Origin: the human T2T-CHM13v2.0 reference genome, Homo sapiens
Length of the DNA: 64,000 bases
Assembly: GCF_009914755.1 (NCBI RefSeq)
Contig: NC_060927.1
Direction: 5' to 3' (one strand)
Shown: in pieces, positions 1 through 16,750 of the stretch
Position numbering within the stretch: position 1 is the first letter of the stretch
Layout: the number at the start of each line of letters is the position of its first letter
Translations under genes and position numbers: made by a program
Notes under the pieces: model-generated
The model's input: the letters and a program-made list of their open reading frames with translations, nothing else
Databases searched by the model: none
What the model was told of the DNA's origin: nothing

Positions 1-344
1 TTCTCTGGGATCCGTAACAAACCTGAGAGGATAAAAGGAAACCTTAGGGGATAAAAGACAAGTCCAGCATTTAATTCTTCCTCAGTGTCTACTACAGACT
101 AAAAAGCCAAAATTAGAGCTGGCAAAAATTTAACTGAAATGATTTTCTCACTTTGCACAGCTGACTTCCTAAGCTGCACCTAAGCTCAGTAGCTACAAAC
201 CCAGGACAGCAGTGTACCAACTACTGAGCTAGCCACAAAGCAGTCAACATTTCTTTCTCTGGAGACAAATGGTTCCAATTCTACTAAAGCTACAGGCGCA
301 CGATGTTCTACCCACACCAGCTGCACGCGCCCATGGTCAATTCT

Positions 345-495
345 TTTTCTTTTAACATTTTATATAATTTAAAAAAGCAGAGACGACGTCTCACGATGTT
401 GCCCAGGGTGGTCTCGAACTCCTGAGCTCAAGTGATCCTTCCGTCTCGGCCTCCCAAAGTGCTGGGATTATAGGCATAAGCCACCGCACCTGGCC
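345..495 (-). mobile_element. Alu monomer (FLAM/partial)
   Basis: Reverse complement of an Alu left arm. Confidence 0.8.
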
Positions 496-761
496 TCATG
501 GTCAGTTGTTAACCACTAACTCTAGAAGCCCCCATTTCACAAACCCAAATGAAATGCTATAAAATTGTTAAATTAAAACTGAGGCTTCTTGGTGGCAGCA
601 GTTTCAAAAGAAATCTCAAGTTTAACATGCTTTATTTCTTAATTCTCTTCCAAATGATGATTTAAAAAACTAGTTCTTATGGCCAAAGCCAAATATTGTA
701 AGGCCAATTTTTTTTTTCAAGGTGTTCCTGTGGCATCTAAAAATAGGGAGATTTATGGGAA

Positions 762-1480
<719 letters not shown>

Positions 1481-1666
1481 AATAAATTCTAATTTTCTTC
1501 TGATATTGCTTGTCTGACCTTATTACCTCAATACCCAAAGAGAATGGTTTATTATCAACCACAGATACAGTGCATGCTGTCCAGATTCAATTACAGAAAC
1601 ACCAAAATGAACATACTCTAGGGTGTTGACACTACACAAACACAGGTGAGAATTCTGCTGATTTAC

Positions 1667-2046
1667 TGCTATGGACTACAGGTTTGTGTGCCCCTAGAAT
1701 TAAACTGTTGAAACACTGACCCCAATGTGATGGTGTTTGGAGGTGGGGCTGTAAGGAGGGGATTAGGTTTAGATGAGATCATGAGGGTGGGGCCTCAAGA
1801 AGAGGAGACACAAGAGCTCTCCTTTCCTCGGGCACACACCACAGGCATGCACCACAGGCACACACCGAGGAAAGGCCACATGAGGACAGAACAAGACAAC
1901 CATCTGCAAACCAGGAAGAGGGCCCTCAGCAGACACCCATCCCCGGCCTTCCCAGCCTCCAGAACTGAGAGAAATAAATTTCTGTTGTTTAAGCCACCCA
2001 GTCTATGGTATGTTGGTATATACAGCAGCCTGAGCAGACTAAGATA
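1667..2046 (+). mobile_element. MaLR LTR (MLT1A-like)
   Basis: tgctatggact...cccaatgtgatggtgtttggaggtgggg...cagcctccagaactgagagaaataaatttctgttgtttaagccaccc...gactaaga. Confidence 0.8.
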
Positions 2047-2163
2047 TCTACCAAAGTTCCTTGAGTTCAAAATGCCATTTCCAAAGGTGGAGGGGATAGT
2101 TTTAAAACAAGTCTGAACACTGCCTATGATTATTTGAAATTAGGTTGGTACCAATTTTTCTGA

Positions 2164-2486
<323 letters not shown>

Positions 2487-2773
2487 AGAATGATTTTTTA
2501 ATAGACAGGGACACAAATGATGGAAATCCACTGTTTTCAGGAGGCTGAAGCTTAAGGCTAAGGGTAGGATCAGGTAAGCTTAGGAAAGATAATGTGATGC
2601 TTTCTCCTTGGACTGTTTTAATAGGCCAAGAAGAAGGATTTTATCTCTGGCAACCTGGCAGATTTCAAAAAGTGACATAATTCCAGAGTATCAAAGGTAG
2701 GGGAAGATAGTAGAAAATGAAATAACATGAGTAGTAATAATGCCTGAAAGCCACCATTGGAACTGGAACTTTT

Positions 2774-3075
2774 GGCCAGGTGCAGTGGCTCGCGCCTGTA
2801 ATCCCAGCACTTTGGGAGGCCGAGGCGGGTGGATCACTTGAGGTCAGGCGTTCAAGGCCAGCCTGGCCAACATGGTGAAACCTCATCTCTACTAAAAATA
2901 CAAAAATTAGCTGGGCCTGGGGGAGGGCGCCTGTAATCCCAGCTATTCGGGAGGCTGTGGCAGGAGAATCACTTGAACCCAGGAGGCGGAGGTTGCCGTG
3001 AGTCAAGATCGTGCCACTGCACTTCAGCCTGGGTGACAGAGTGAGACTCCATCTCAAACAAACAGAACAAAAAAA
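2774..3075 (+). mobile_element. Alu (AluS-like)
   Basis: Alu consensus with A tail. Confidence 0.9.
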
Positions 3076-3159
3076 CTGCAACTTTCAGCGCACCTAGGAG
3101 AGATGACAGAATGGAGTGGGGGGCAGATGAGGATGATGTCAATGAGGCTGATGACAGCA

Positions 3160-3345
3160 GCCACCATTTGCTGAATGCTTACCATTTGCCAGGCCCTGTG
3201 CTTATATAATTTACATGAACTTATTCAACCTTCACAGCAACAGGTCTTTAAAGCATCCCCATCTTATGGTTGAGGAAACAGGCACAGGAGTGGTTAAATA
3301 ACTTGTCCGAAGTCACGGAGCAGAGCCCTGGGCCCAGACCTCTCT
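3160..3345. mobile_element. MIR fragment
   Basis: atccccatcttatggttgaggaaacaggcacagg...ggttaaataacttgtccgaagtcac, MIR core. Confidence 0.55.
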
Positions 3346-3578
3346 GGCCTCTTCAGCACTGTGTTGCAGGCCTCCCTGCACCCTTCAGTCAACCAAGTGG
3401 CATTGTGAGTGGTGCTGCCTCTCCCTTCTGCACCAGCAAGCACATGGTGCAGTGGGAAAAGCACCAGACTAGAGATGGTGAGCTCATGGTCCCAGGGGGC
3501 GGTGCTAGCATCATGTGGTCCCACATGCTCATCTGGCCTCTAAGTGACGCACGAGACATGCAGGTGCTCAGGTCCTCA

Positions 3579-3773
<195 letters not shown>

Positions 3774-3954
3774 TTAGCAAAGTCTGTGAGGACAATGCTG
3801 GTTTAGCCTCAGGGCAATGCCAACTATTTTTCCATTTCTATTCAGTTGTTATTTCAACTGATTAACTGAGATAATGTATAAAATGATAGAAAAATGCAAT
3901 TAACTTTCCTGAGATACCAGGCAGACACCTTCAAATTACACAGCTTCAGCCTGA

Positions 3955-4288
<334 letters not shown>

Positions 4289-4819
4289 TCATGAGAGTAA
4301 AATGGAAAAATGCCTCCTGGTCACCTTAGGAACAGGTGCACAGAGCTGAATGCTTCTTAGGCAAAGTTAGGAGAACAGAGATCTTACAGCAAGCAGTTGA
4401 GGGGCAAACCAGAGGACAAGATGTCTTTTTTCTCCCTACCCCCTTATTAGGGCTGAGAGAGAGACTAAGACAAGGCCTCCTGTTGCCACAGCAGCAGCTG
4501 GGGAATTGAAGAAGTTCCAGGGATAAATAAACACATACGGGAAGGAGGTTTTGCCTCGACTCAATGAGTAGCTGTCAATGGCCCTACTGTGATAGGAAAC
4601 TATGGCAGAGAAGCAGGTTTGGGGGATCAGTGTTATTACAGTAATCAGCAGAACAGGTTAACCAAATCTTCATTTGAAAAGTTTACATAAGTAATACGAG
4701 ATGACATCATCAATCTCCCATAATCTCACTTCTATCATTTTAGGCACACTTCCTTTCGGTCTTTCCTCAGAGTTGAGATCATATCAGAAATGCAATATTG
4801 TAATTGCTTTTTTCACTTA

Positions 4820-5143
<324 letters not shown>

Positions 5144-5891
5144 TCAGTCAACCATCTTTTAAAAAAATTTTCAAGATAAAATTTTAGTGGTTGCATTCCA
5201 TCATGTGCATGTATTCTTGTTCAGCCAGCCCTCTAAGGGTCAACATTTAGTTTATGTAAAACTTATAATAATGTTATGTCCTATTATCTTAGTGCTGAAA
5301 CTTTACTGCCACCTCAGACAATTTCCTTGGGAAAGAATCTTAGAACTGAAATTACTGTGTCAAAGGATATAAACATTTAAAAGGTGCTCTCTCTACAGAG
5401 CCAAAAAGAAAAGAAGTTTGCCATAGTCCTGTCTACCTTTCTGCAACTTGGTTCCATGGTTTAGATTTAGAACTACAGGGTTTTAGCTGTTGAATCACTT
5501 TTCCTTGGCTGTGCGCCTGGTTCTTGACCCTCCTACCTTTCTCGTGCCACCATGTCATGAAAGACCTCTTGTGAGGGCCTCATCGAGATCACCACGATGC
5601 TGTCTCTTCAGCACTCATGGAGGGCGCAAACAGCCTGCCTTGCCCCAGTGTCTACAGCCACGACCCCACTGTCGGGATCTACCCCCTGGGCATACCTCTG
5701 TCTAACAGCCTAATGGGAACCTGAAAAACACCCATAAGACTTGGAAGAAGTAACGCCCAGGAAACTTGGAAAAAGCTGTATTAGGACCCATCTTCCTAAT
5801 GCAACAATCCTCACATCCTTCTACCAGAAACGAGTTAGGAAACCTGGTCCGTCTAGCAGGATAGTTCTCCTCCTAGAAATGAGTGACTCCA

Positions 5892-6142
5892 GGCCGGTGG
5901 GCGCAGCGGTTCACACCTGTAATCCCAGCACTTTGGGAGGCCAAGGTGGGTGGATTACTTGAGGCCAGGAGTTTGAGACCAGCCTGGCAAACATGGCAAA
6001 ACCCTGTCTCTACTAAAAAATACAAAAAAAAAAAAAAAATTAGCTGGGCATGGTGGCATGTGCCTGTAATCCCAGCTACTCCAGAGCCGAGATTGCACCA
6101 CTGCACTCTAGCCTGGGCAACAGACTGAGACTCTGTCTCAGG

Positions 6143-6173
<31 letters not shown>
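5892..6173 (+). mobile_element. Alu with right-arm internal deletion and long A tail
   Basis: Alu consensus; near-TSD aaatgagtgactc/aaatgaatgactc. Confidence 0.85.
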
Positions 6174-6175
<2 letters not shown>

Positions 6176-6532
6176 AATGACTCTGTTCAGGGTTGGGGGA
6201 CTCAGTTACTGGCCCCTTTCCCAGATAGGAGGGGAGGAGACATTCCCTCTGGGCCGAGGCAGGGCTTTAAGATCTAAGCTAAGGAAGGAATGGTGCCCGA
6301 AACAATGGGTCAAGTTGTTCCAGTTTAACAAAAGGTGCCTAGGTTTGGACCACCTGGACTGGAAGACTTTAGAGTCCTCTGAATCTGACTACCTTTGCAC
6401 TGATGGAATGTGCTGGTAAGAAAGGCAGTGAAGTCCTCAAGATGGTGTCCTTGACTGACATGACCACAGGAGAGTTTCCAAGTTACCCGTGAAACTTGGA
6501 AGAAGCCCTATTAGAACCGGAGTGTAAATCAG

Positions 6533-6844
<312 letters not shown>

Positions 6845-7387
6845 ACTATGTTCTTTTTCTTGTTTCTCTTCTGTCACTAACTACTGTTTAATGAAGTTGT
6901 GGTGCTTGTTTTGGCCTATCTCACCTGTGTTAAAGGGAAATCATAACAAAGGACATCAGTCAGCTTTCAGGGGAGCAGTGTACCCCTGGGGACGAATGCA
7001 GCAGATGGGCTCAAGGGAGAGAACAGTAAAAAGGCTTGGGGAGAGTCACCCTGCTTGGCTAAAGATTCCCTTCCAGCATGAAAGACCTGGAGCAATGTCT
7101 TGTTTTGACGTGAAGTAATTCCCTCAAACAGAAAGCAGGAAATGGCTTTTTCCTTTTCTTCCTTAGAAAGTTCTTTAAAATCAATTGGCCAGAAAAGACA
7201 AAAGGTTTTTTTTTTTTTAATGGCAAGGAAAAAAGCTAGAAGAGTTTTGATGCCAAAGAAGCATGGAGCCTAGAAAACTAATGAAAACTGAATCAAAGAT
7301 ACCTCTTATACAAGGATAAAAAGGACAGTAAAAGAAGACAAGTTCAGTCTTTGGAATGCTATTCAGGAACGAAAGTGAGAAAAAAGG

Positions 7388-8018
<631 letters not shown>

Positions 8019-8411
8019 TACTGATAGTTTTAAAAGAAGGCCATGAAACAGCATGTGTCAATGACCTCATTTTTGTAAACCTACATATTACTAGAGGAAG
8101 CCTAACAAGATAGCTACCAAAATGTTACCAGTGCTTCTCTCTGGGTAGCAGAGTTGTGGGTGCTGCTCCTCTTTCGTACTTGGCTGTGTGCCCCAGTGTT
8201 CTGCATTGAGAATGTGCACATTTATGACTGTGAAAAGCACTCAATGTCATCAAAGTGGGGTCAACAATAAACCTAGAAAATTGGTTTCAGTAGGGGGCTG
8301 AGACACTAATTGCTCATCAAACAAACAAGGATCCGGTTTAAAGGGGTGAAAGTGATATTTCATAAACTGCTACGTTCCAATGGATTCAAAGAAGGCTTTG
8401 CACATCCTTAC

Positions 8412-8601
8412 CTGATCCTGTCCGCCCCACAATGCCAATCTTCTCTTTAGGTTTGATCGTGAAGGATACTTTCTTTAGGACGAGAGGGAGGTTTTCTCGG
8501 TACCTCATCTCTGCGTTCTCAAAGGTCACCTCTCCCTCCTGGGGCCAGTCAGGGGAGGGAGCCTTGTTCTTAATTCTGGCAGGTGCTTCCAAGGACAGAG
8601 T
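8412..8601 (-). CDS. ABCC5: ABCC5 exon 25 (190 nt; TLSLEAP...IVGRTGS, NBD2 start)
   Basis: cccag|ACTCTG ... TCAG|gtaagg. Confidence 0.97.
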
Positions 8602-9795
8602 CTGGGGAGACAAGGGTGGCCAGTTCAGACTGACCACAGATTCTTGGGGAGCTGCAGGCTTTGTCACAGAGAAATAAAACCAGGACAACCATAGTAGCCA
8701 CAGAGAGGTAGCTGCCACCCTGTCACCTTGCTAGGAAAGAATCCCTTGGAAGTAAATGCTTATCATCACTAAACTCGACAGAGACAGAGCACAATGGCTA
8801 AGTGTCATGGCTACTAGCAGCAGCCTGGGGAGGGAAGTGGTGTTCAGACTACCTTTTGTCTCAAGGAACTATTCCACAAAGCTGCCTTGGGGGCCAAAGG
8901 AAAACCAACACGGGCAGACATGAGGCCTTCCACCCCTCCACCACAGCAGTTTTTACTGAAATTCTTTGAGATAGGATTCTACCATTTGATAATCATTGGC
9001 TTAAATCCAAAGGAAGAAAACTAATATTTACTGAACATCTGATTGGATCCTGGCATTCTGGCATGTCTTGGTCAATCCAGGAGACACAGACTCTAATTCT
9101 AATTTTGCCACTGTGTGACCTGGACAGATCACCACTTCTTCTGCATCTTAGTTTCTTATCTGCAAATTGTGGGGACTGGATTAGATGATCTTGAGAATCT
9201 ATTCCAGCTCAAAATGCTGTGATATAACTGCTTGGGTAATTTTTATCATCAACAATCATATCTCATGATCTTTTAAAACTCTCTGGCAATTGGCCATGGA
9301 GTATATAGCCTTATGGGGGGAAGTAAGGGCCAAAGACTGTAGCACTCTGGGGGGTTAAGCCTAAAGTCTAAAACTCCAAGCTGGAAGGACTCTGTGTTGG
9401 GACAGTCAGTGGGAGGGCAGGCCTCTGAAATGTGACCGGTTTCAGCAGGGTCCACTTTGTACCACCACTGACCGTAATCCTAACCTCTCCAGCACAAGGC
9501 TCTCGCCAACCATAACATTAACTCAAACACTGCACATATGTACACACACGGGTCATCTACACACCAGGACAGTGTGCAAAGAGGCTAACTTCTAAACATG
9601 AAAGAAGAGCTATTACTAGATACACTGGGCAGCCACCTGCCATCCTTTCTGAGAATAAGAAAGTTATTCATTTGTAAGCTTAAGAAATATTCTACCACTA
9701 ATGAGGCTCACTGTCAAAACAATCAGTGAAGCACATCTCTATTAGAGAATCCAGTTTACGTACACTCAGTTCCCAATTGAAAGAGTAATTTTTCA

Positions 9796-10128
9796 GGCCG
9801 GACACTATGGCTCCTGTCTATAATCCCAGCATTTTGGGAGGTGGAGGCAGAGGCAGATCGCTTGAGCCCAGGAGTTTGAGACCAGCCGGGACAACATGGC
9901 GAAACCTATCTCTACAAAAAATACAAAAATGAGCTGGGCCTAGTGGCGCATGCCTGTAGTCCCAGTTACTTGGCGGGGCTGAGGTGGGAGGATCACTTGA
10001 GCCTGGGAGATCGAGGCTGGACTGAGCCGTATTCATGCCACTGCACTCAAGCCTGGGTGACAATAAGACCCTCTCTCAAAAAAAATAAAAAAATAAAAAA
10101 TAAATTAAAAAAGGAAAAAAAGAAAAAA
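9796..10128 (+). mobile_element. Alu (AluJ-like)
   Basis: Alu consensus. Confidence 0.85.
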
Positions 10129-10306
10129 AGCTAACTTTTCAAAACTATGTTTCAAAGTCAAGTGTTGGGAACTCAGAATATACTCTTCACATATAAACAA
10201 TGACACAGATGCTTGTAAAGTCTCACAGCAGTTCAATAAAATAGATAACTCTTAAGAATTGAGTTCAATTTGAGAATCTAACTACTCATGATGCTGCTTC
10301 TTTATA

Positions 10307-10527
10307 AGCAAATTTGTCCAATCTGTGGCCCTTGAGCCACATGCAGCCCAGGACAGCTTTGAATGTGGCCCAACACAAATTCGTCAACTTTCTTAACATA
10401 TTATGAGACTTTTTTTTGCCATCTTTTTTTTTAAGCTCATCAGCTATCGTTAGTATTATTTTATGTGTGGCCTGAGACAATTCTTCTTCCAATGTGGCCC
10501 TGGGAAGCCAAATGATTGGACACCCCT
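10307..10527 (-). mobile_element. MER30 hAT DNA transposon
   Basis: The reverse complement reads ggggtgtccaatcatttggcttcccagggccacattggaagaagaattgtc, the MER30 5' end. Confidence 0.75.
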
Positions 10528-10908
10528 TGATGTGGTTTGGCTCTGTGTTCCCACCCAAATCTCATCTCGAATTGTATAATAATCCCCATGTGTGAGGGGA
10601 GAGGCCTGGTGGCAGATGACTGAATCAGGGGGGTGGACTTCCCCCTTGCTGTTCCCGTGACAGTGAGTTCTCAGGAGATCTGGTTGTTTGAAAGTGTGTG
10701 GCACTTCCCCCTTCTCTCTCTCTCCTGCTCTGCCATGGGAAGATGTGCTTGTTTCCCCTTCACCTTTCGCTATGATTGTAAGTTTCCTGAGGCCTCCCAG
10801 CCATGCGTCCTGTTAAGCCTGCGGAACTGTGAGTGACTTAAACCTCTTTCTTCATAAATTACCCAATCTCAGGTAGTTCTTTACAGCAGTGTGAAATGGA
10901 TTAAGACA
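10528..10908 (+). mobile_element. MaLR LTR (MSTA/MSTB-like)
   Basis: tgatgtggtttggctctgtgttcccacccaaatctcatc...gattgtaagtttcctgaggcctccc...aatggattaagaca. Confidence 0.8.
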
Positions 10909-11534
10909 TCCCTGTAGGAAATTGTTTAAGAGTGCCAGTTAGGACAGCAGCAAGATGCCTGCCACCCACGGCAAGACGGAAGGGGTTCCTGGGGAAAGGT
11001 GGGAAGAGCTGGATACTCTGGTATCAATTAAATTTACTCGTTTGTAAGTTGGGAGAGCAGTTTAGAATTCGCTATGGAGCTTTTCAAACTATAGAAGCCT
11101 GGGTCCCACCCCAATCCACTGCAACAGAATCCAGAGATGAGGCCACGTTTGTCCTGCCAAAAGCTCAGCAGGGGGTCCTGATGGCCATCCCTGATTAAGA
11201 ACAATTGGACATAGTAAGAATTAAAACAATACATGGTTTTAAACAGTGTAAGGAAAATGCTCCATTAGTCAGTTAAGCTGAACTGACAAGGTTCTGAACA
11301 TTCTGGAAATTAGCCAATGAAGTTCTCAGCTCGACATAATTTACAAATATACTTAGAAACTCTTACGGTAATCTCTTTCCCATTCCAAGCACGGTTGAGA
11401 GATTGCTGGAGATTCTGTGGGATTAGATAGGCAGAGAACACAAGCCTCCTCCTTGTACACCCAGCTGAGGCAGCAAAGGGTAAACCGACTCCAAGAGGAG
11501 TCAGATCACGGTAAAAGGCCTACAGCAGTCTGAC

Positions 11535-11624
11535 CTTAATGTAGTGATTGATCCTCTCCACCGAGGTGAATCGAGCTTCTGTCTCAGATGCCAGTCTGAC
11601 CGTAAACTGGAACAGCCCCGTTAA
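11535..11624 (-). CDS. ABCC5: ABCC5 exon 24 (90 nt; LTGLFQF...SVERINHYIK)
   Basis: atcag|TTAACG ... AAG|gtcaga. Confidence 0.96.
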
Positions 11625-13008
11625 CTGATAATGGAAAACAACAATCAAAGAGATAATTCATTATCAATACACGCCAGGCCAATGCTGGAGAACTTCCTTC
11701 ATCTAGAGGACTACTAAGAACTGAGCACACGCAGCAGCTGGTCTTAGGGACCTAGTCATTCTCTTGGCTTTTAAGGCATACCTGTTACCCCATCAACTGC
11801 AATGCTCAGTGAATGCGGGCAGTATCATGGCACTGCTGGAACCACTTCCTTGTACCCAAAGCCTTTCTATTCATCTTTACATTTCCAATAACACATATCT
11901 GCAACTGATTCACTTCTGGACTTCCTACTTGTATCTGAGCCTGTTTGTGGGAGTCACAACAAATGGAGATATCAACCTATGAGCAACTAGTAAGAATGTT
12001 TCCAGGAAAGTCAAATCAGATACATAATGCTGGGAAATGAGTGAGTCTGGAGCCCCTGTGCTCCATAGACTGCGGAGTCTAAAAACAGTCTATATAATGC
12101 ATTGTCTTCCCCAACCAGTTGTCAAGTAAATTGCAAAATGTGGCTGGACATCTCGGGGTATCTGTGAAGACACATATCTCTGGGGTTCCTTTGACTATTT
12201 ATTTTTATCTTTTCAATAAAGAAAAATGTCAAACACACAAGAGTAGAAAGAGTAGTATAATGAACTCCCAGGTACCAAAACTCTACCATAAAAATGATCA
12301 ACTTACAGTCAATATTGTTTCATCTGTATTCCCTTCCATTCCTACCCCCACCCCCCATATTATTTGGAAGCAAATCGCAGAGAGCTTATCTCATCCAAAT
12401 ATTTCAGCTTGTACCTCTCTAAAATATAGACTCCTTAAAAACATAATTCCAATACCATTATTTTAGAGGGTAATAATAATCACTCAACATCTTAAAATAT
12501 CTAGTCAGTGCTCAAGTTCTCAACTATTCTCTGAGCTATTTGAAGACCCTCAATCACCCCTAGGGGCTAGAAGGTTTTATGTATATAACAGTATTGGGAA
12601 AATCAGGGCCCTGAGAAGAAAATGCACGTAAGAAGCATATTGAGTCTATAACATTTCTTAGAAGACTAGAAAGAGGCCAGAGATGAAATGGTGGTGAACA
12701 CAGAAACCCACAATTAAGAAACTATTTTCAAGATCATATTTCTTTTTGAAGAAAACAGCATCTACTTCTTACACACATGCAACAGAGTTCGATTCCTTTA
12801 TTCCTGGATTCCACACTTACCTCTCTCCTATCCCTACCTGCCCCAGTCAAATCCAGATTGTTACGGTCAAATCAGACCATGAGCAATTCTAGGGGTCCAG
12901 AGGTGAAATAATGGCTCAGGGTGGAGCCCCCCACAATCATCCCTCTTTTACGTCAGCACAGGAAGGGCTCAAACAAGCAAAGATGACGCTCCTATCCCAG
13001 AGACTGAC

Positions 13009-13195
13009 CTGGACAGCATAAGAGATGGCGAGACCCGCATAGGCTGGGGGAATCTGCCCGTGCATAAGAACGATCATCAGCCCCGTGGTGGTGATGAGGG
13101 CGATGCTGATGAGGTCCAGCCGCACAGCCAGCCACCGCATCGCACACGTAAACAAAAAAAAAGGAGCTTGGTTGTCATCCAGCAGCTCCTGGTAT
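13009..13195 (-). CDS. ABCC5: ABCC5 exon 23 (187 nt; YQELLDDN...ISYAVQ)
   Basis: cacag|ATACCA ... CAG|gtcagt. Confidence 0.96.
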
Positions 13196-14384
13196 CTGTG
13201 AGAAAGACAACACTTAATGGGCAAAGAAAGTACTACACAACCCCGCGCATGGACAAAGCTTCAGCGAATCAGATGATGGAGGGCACGTATTTAAATACTT
13301 CCTGTTTCTAACTGAGAGAATGCCCTGGAAACTCCAGGAGGGTATTCTAGGAATTCTGGAGGTATTCTAGGCCGCATGCATAGGAGGACATTAAGTTTTT
13401 CTAATCTTAGTTACTCTTTAAAAACAAAAAAAAATCCTATTAAAGATGTTATGGAAAACATCTATCTCAGCACAGAGTAAACATGGGAAAAGAGACTGAA
13501 TAAAGAGGCTTGTGTTAAACTTTAGAAAAATATCTTAGGTCAGAAGGCATTTTCTGAAAGAAGGAAAGGTTACAAACGCCAACAGCAGAAATGGTTCAAG
13601 GCGAGGAAAAAGAAACTCAGAGTGAATATGGGAACACCATAAGTGTGTGCACATGCCGCCACCATGCAGAATGGCACTTGTTCCCCAGCTATGGAGCCAA
13701 GCACCAGGAGAAGCAAGCTAAACCACAGCAAAAGGGACTCAGGCAATGTTTACTGCTGCTACTGAAGGAGCATGGCACGGCCATCAGTAGGGGTCCCAGA
13801 GAGCAGACCAGACCCCTCTGAAGGCTCAGTGCACCATGTACGACTAGAACTCCAGAGCAGGAAGTTTTGCTGCGCAGATGTGCTTTGCTTTGAAAAATCA
13901 CTTTTCCTCTTTCCAATAAAATATGTAATCTTTAGAGAAAATTTAGAAAATGCAATAGAAATAGGAAAATGTAAAATTCCAGTAATCTCATCACCCTGTT
14001 AAAACCAGAGTTGATATTCCGCTGCATTTCCTCCCAGCAGTTTTTTTCAATGCACTGACATTTACTGTGTGTAGGTATATACACATGTACGTATTTAGTA
14101 CATTTCACTTTCTTTTCTGCTTAAAGTTTAGGAATTATTTTTCTGAGTCATTTAACATTTTGAAAATAATTTTTTCTAAACTTTCTATTCTAAATTTTCT
14201 CTCTAAAAATAATTACCCAACTTTTGCAATAGGCAACATATACACAGAATAGAAAATTTAAAAGTTACCAAAGGTTTACCATGAAAGGTCAAGTCTGTCT
14301 CATTCCCATCTTCCAGCTACCCAGTTCTCCCTTCCAGTGGCAACTAACAGGTTTTTTTTTTAATCCTTTCAGAGATATTCTAAA

Positions 14385-14842
<458 letters not shown>

Positions 14843-15437
14843 TAGTACTCTATGGATATACCATAGCTTATTCAACCTGTCCTATATTGAAGAACATTTT
14901 AGTTCCAATCTCTTATTAATACAAAGCTCCACAATGACAATGCACATAAGTTTCACAAATAAACAATACTCGATGCTTAAATAAAATCTACTCAAATGTC
15001 ATGACTACCTTTTACTACTTAAAAGAAAAAGCAAAACTCTATGAAATATAGCTTTTCAGGGCCAAGGCCAATAGACTCCTAATCTGTGGGGTTTGTTCCT
15101 TGTATTTTGTTTTGAGATGGGGTCCACTATATTGCCCAGGCTGGACTTGAACACCTGGGCTCAAGCCATCCTCCAGCCTCAGCCTCCTGAGTAGCTGTGA
15201 CTATAGGCACGTGATGCCGCATGCGGCCCAAATCTGTATTTCTGTTTTCTCACTTGCTCAGAAAGGAGTCCCGCCAAGCAATTGGATTTTAATCAGAGAT
15301 TATTCCATTAAATCATGAATACCCTTGGTAATGAGGTTTATAATCCCCATCTCTGGCCTTGAAGAGCCTCCCGGACAAGTATCAAACGCTGGGATGCTGA
15401 CTCCCCTTTGAGGCCTCTAGCCCCCATCAGGACAAAC

Positions 15438-15566
15438 CTGTGCAGAAACTCCTGCCCTTTATTGTAGGCGTGGATGGTGGCAAGGCCCTGTATGCTGGAC
15501 GTGATGTGGGAGAGGAAAGGTGACTGCGTGATATTGTCCAGACGCTTCAGCTCCCGAATCAGGACC
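15438..15566 (-). CDS. ABCC5: ABCC5 exon 22 (129 nt; [10 protein letters not shown]...QEFLHR)
   Basis: tccag|GGTCCT ... ACAG|gtttgt. Confidence 0.95.
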
Positions 15567-15656
15567 CTGGAGAGAGAATGAGCTCCGTGTCACAGCACCT
15601 ACCCAGCAACTGAGGCTTCTCCGTGGCCCCAGCAGACATGAACGCTTCCTATTTAC

Positions 15657-15810
15657 CTGGAGACAATGTGCAGGACTGAAAAGAGGATGACAAGGGGCCC
15701 CACTGCCACAAGGAACCACGGGAAGACTCCTGCGATCATTCCCACACAGAAGAACACCAGGATAACGTTCTGGATGAACATCTCGGCCTGGAACGGCAGC
15801 CGCACGTCAA
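15657..15810 (-). CDS. ABCC5: ABCC5 exon 21 (154 nt; VDVRLPFQ...LHIVSR)
   Basis: cacag|TTGACG ... CCAG|gtaaat. Confidence 0.96.
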
Positions 15811-16514
15811 CTGTGGAAACAAATAAAGGAGCAAGTGTCAGATGGTTTGGAAAAATGGAACTGAAAATTGAAAAAAACAAAAAGGGGTTCCACAAACTCT
15901 CTATCTGAAGTTTGTGATGTTGTCTTTAAACAGTCTGATCAAAGAAAAATTTAGAAACCTGGATGCTCTGATTTTTTTTTTTCGTCTCAAGAAAATCCTC
16001 TTACTCCACTCCCTTTTCTTGGTTCCCTTCCTGCCCCACTGCTTTAAACATTTTCCCCCTTTACAAAGTAACTTATGCTTATTTTAAAATGTTTGGAAAA
16101 TAAATATGTGAAGAAGAAAACAAAAACTATATTCTTACCAATACCAATGAACTGCTGTTAACATTTAAGACATTTTTTGTCTTGCAAAATTTTTAAACAT
16201 ACATAAAAATTAAAGGAAGAGCACAGACCCTTCAACAGTTATCAACTTTCATCTCTTTTTGGCTGTCTCCCCACCCCACCGCCTTTTTTCTTCTGGTTAA
16301 AGTATTTTCATGCAAATCCCAGACATGTTGCTATTATTTACTTTTTTTCTTTTTTCCATTCATGTGTGAGCACATGCGTGTGTGTTTAGCAGAAATGGGA
16401 ACATGTTATGTATCAGTTCGAGTATCAGGGATAGTTCTGATTTCTTGTTACCTCTGGCCATGGGTTTACAATGGCCTATCAATGCCTGAAACAAACCCCT
16501 TCCATGAAGGCAGC

Positions 16515-16750
16515 TACAGTGCAGCAATTAAAAACATTAGCTTTGGGGTCAAAAAGATCTGGGTTCAATTTGCAGCTTTGTCACTCAATAGCTGTAGATC
16601 TTGGGCCAGTTCCTTGACCTTTCCAGATAGCAGCTTTCTCATTATTCAAGGAGTGAAACAACACCCGCCTGACAGGCCTGCTGCGGGGATTAAGGTAACA
16701 TGCATAAAACACTGAGCATGCTGCTTGCTACACAGGAAGCCCCCTGTCAA
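16515..16750. mobile_element. MIR fragment
   Basis: gatctgggttcaatttgcagctttgtcactcaatagctgt...ttgggccagttcctt. Confidence 0.5.
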
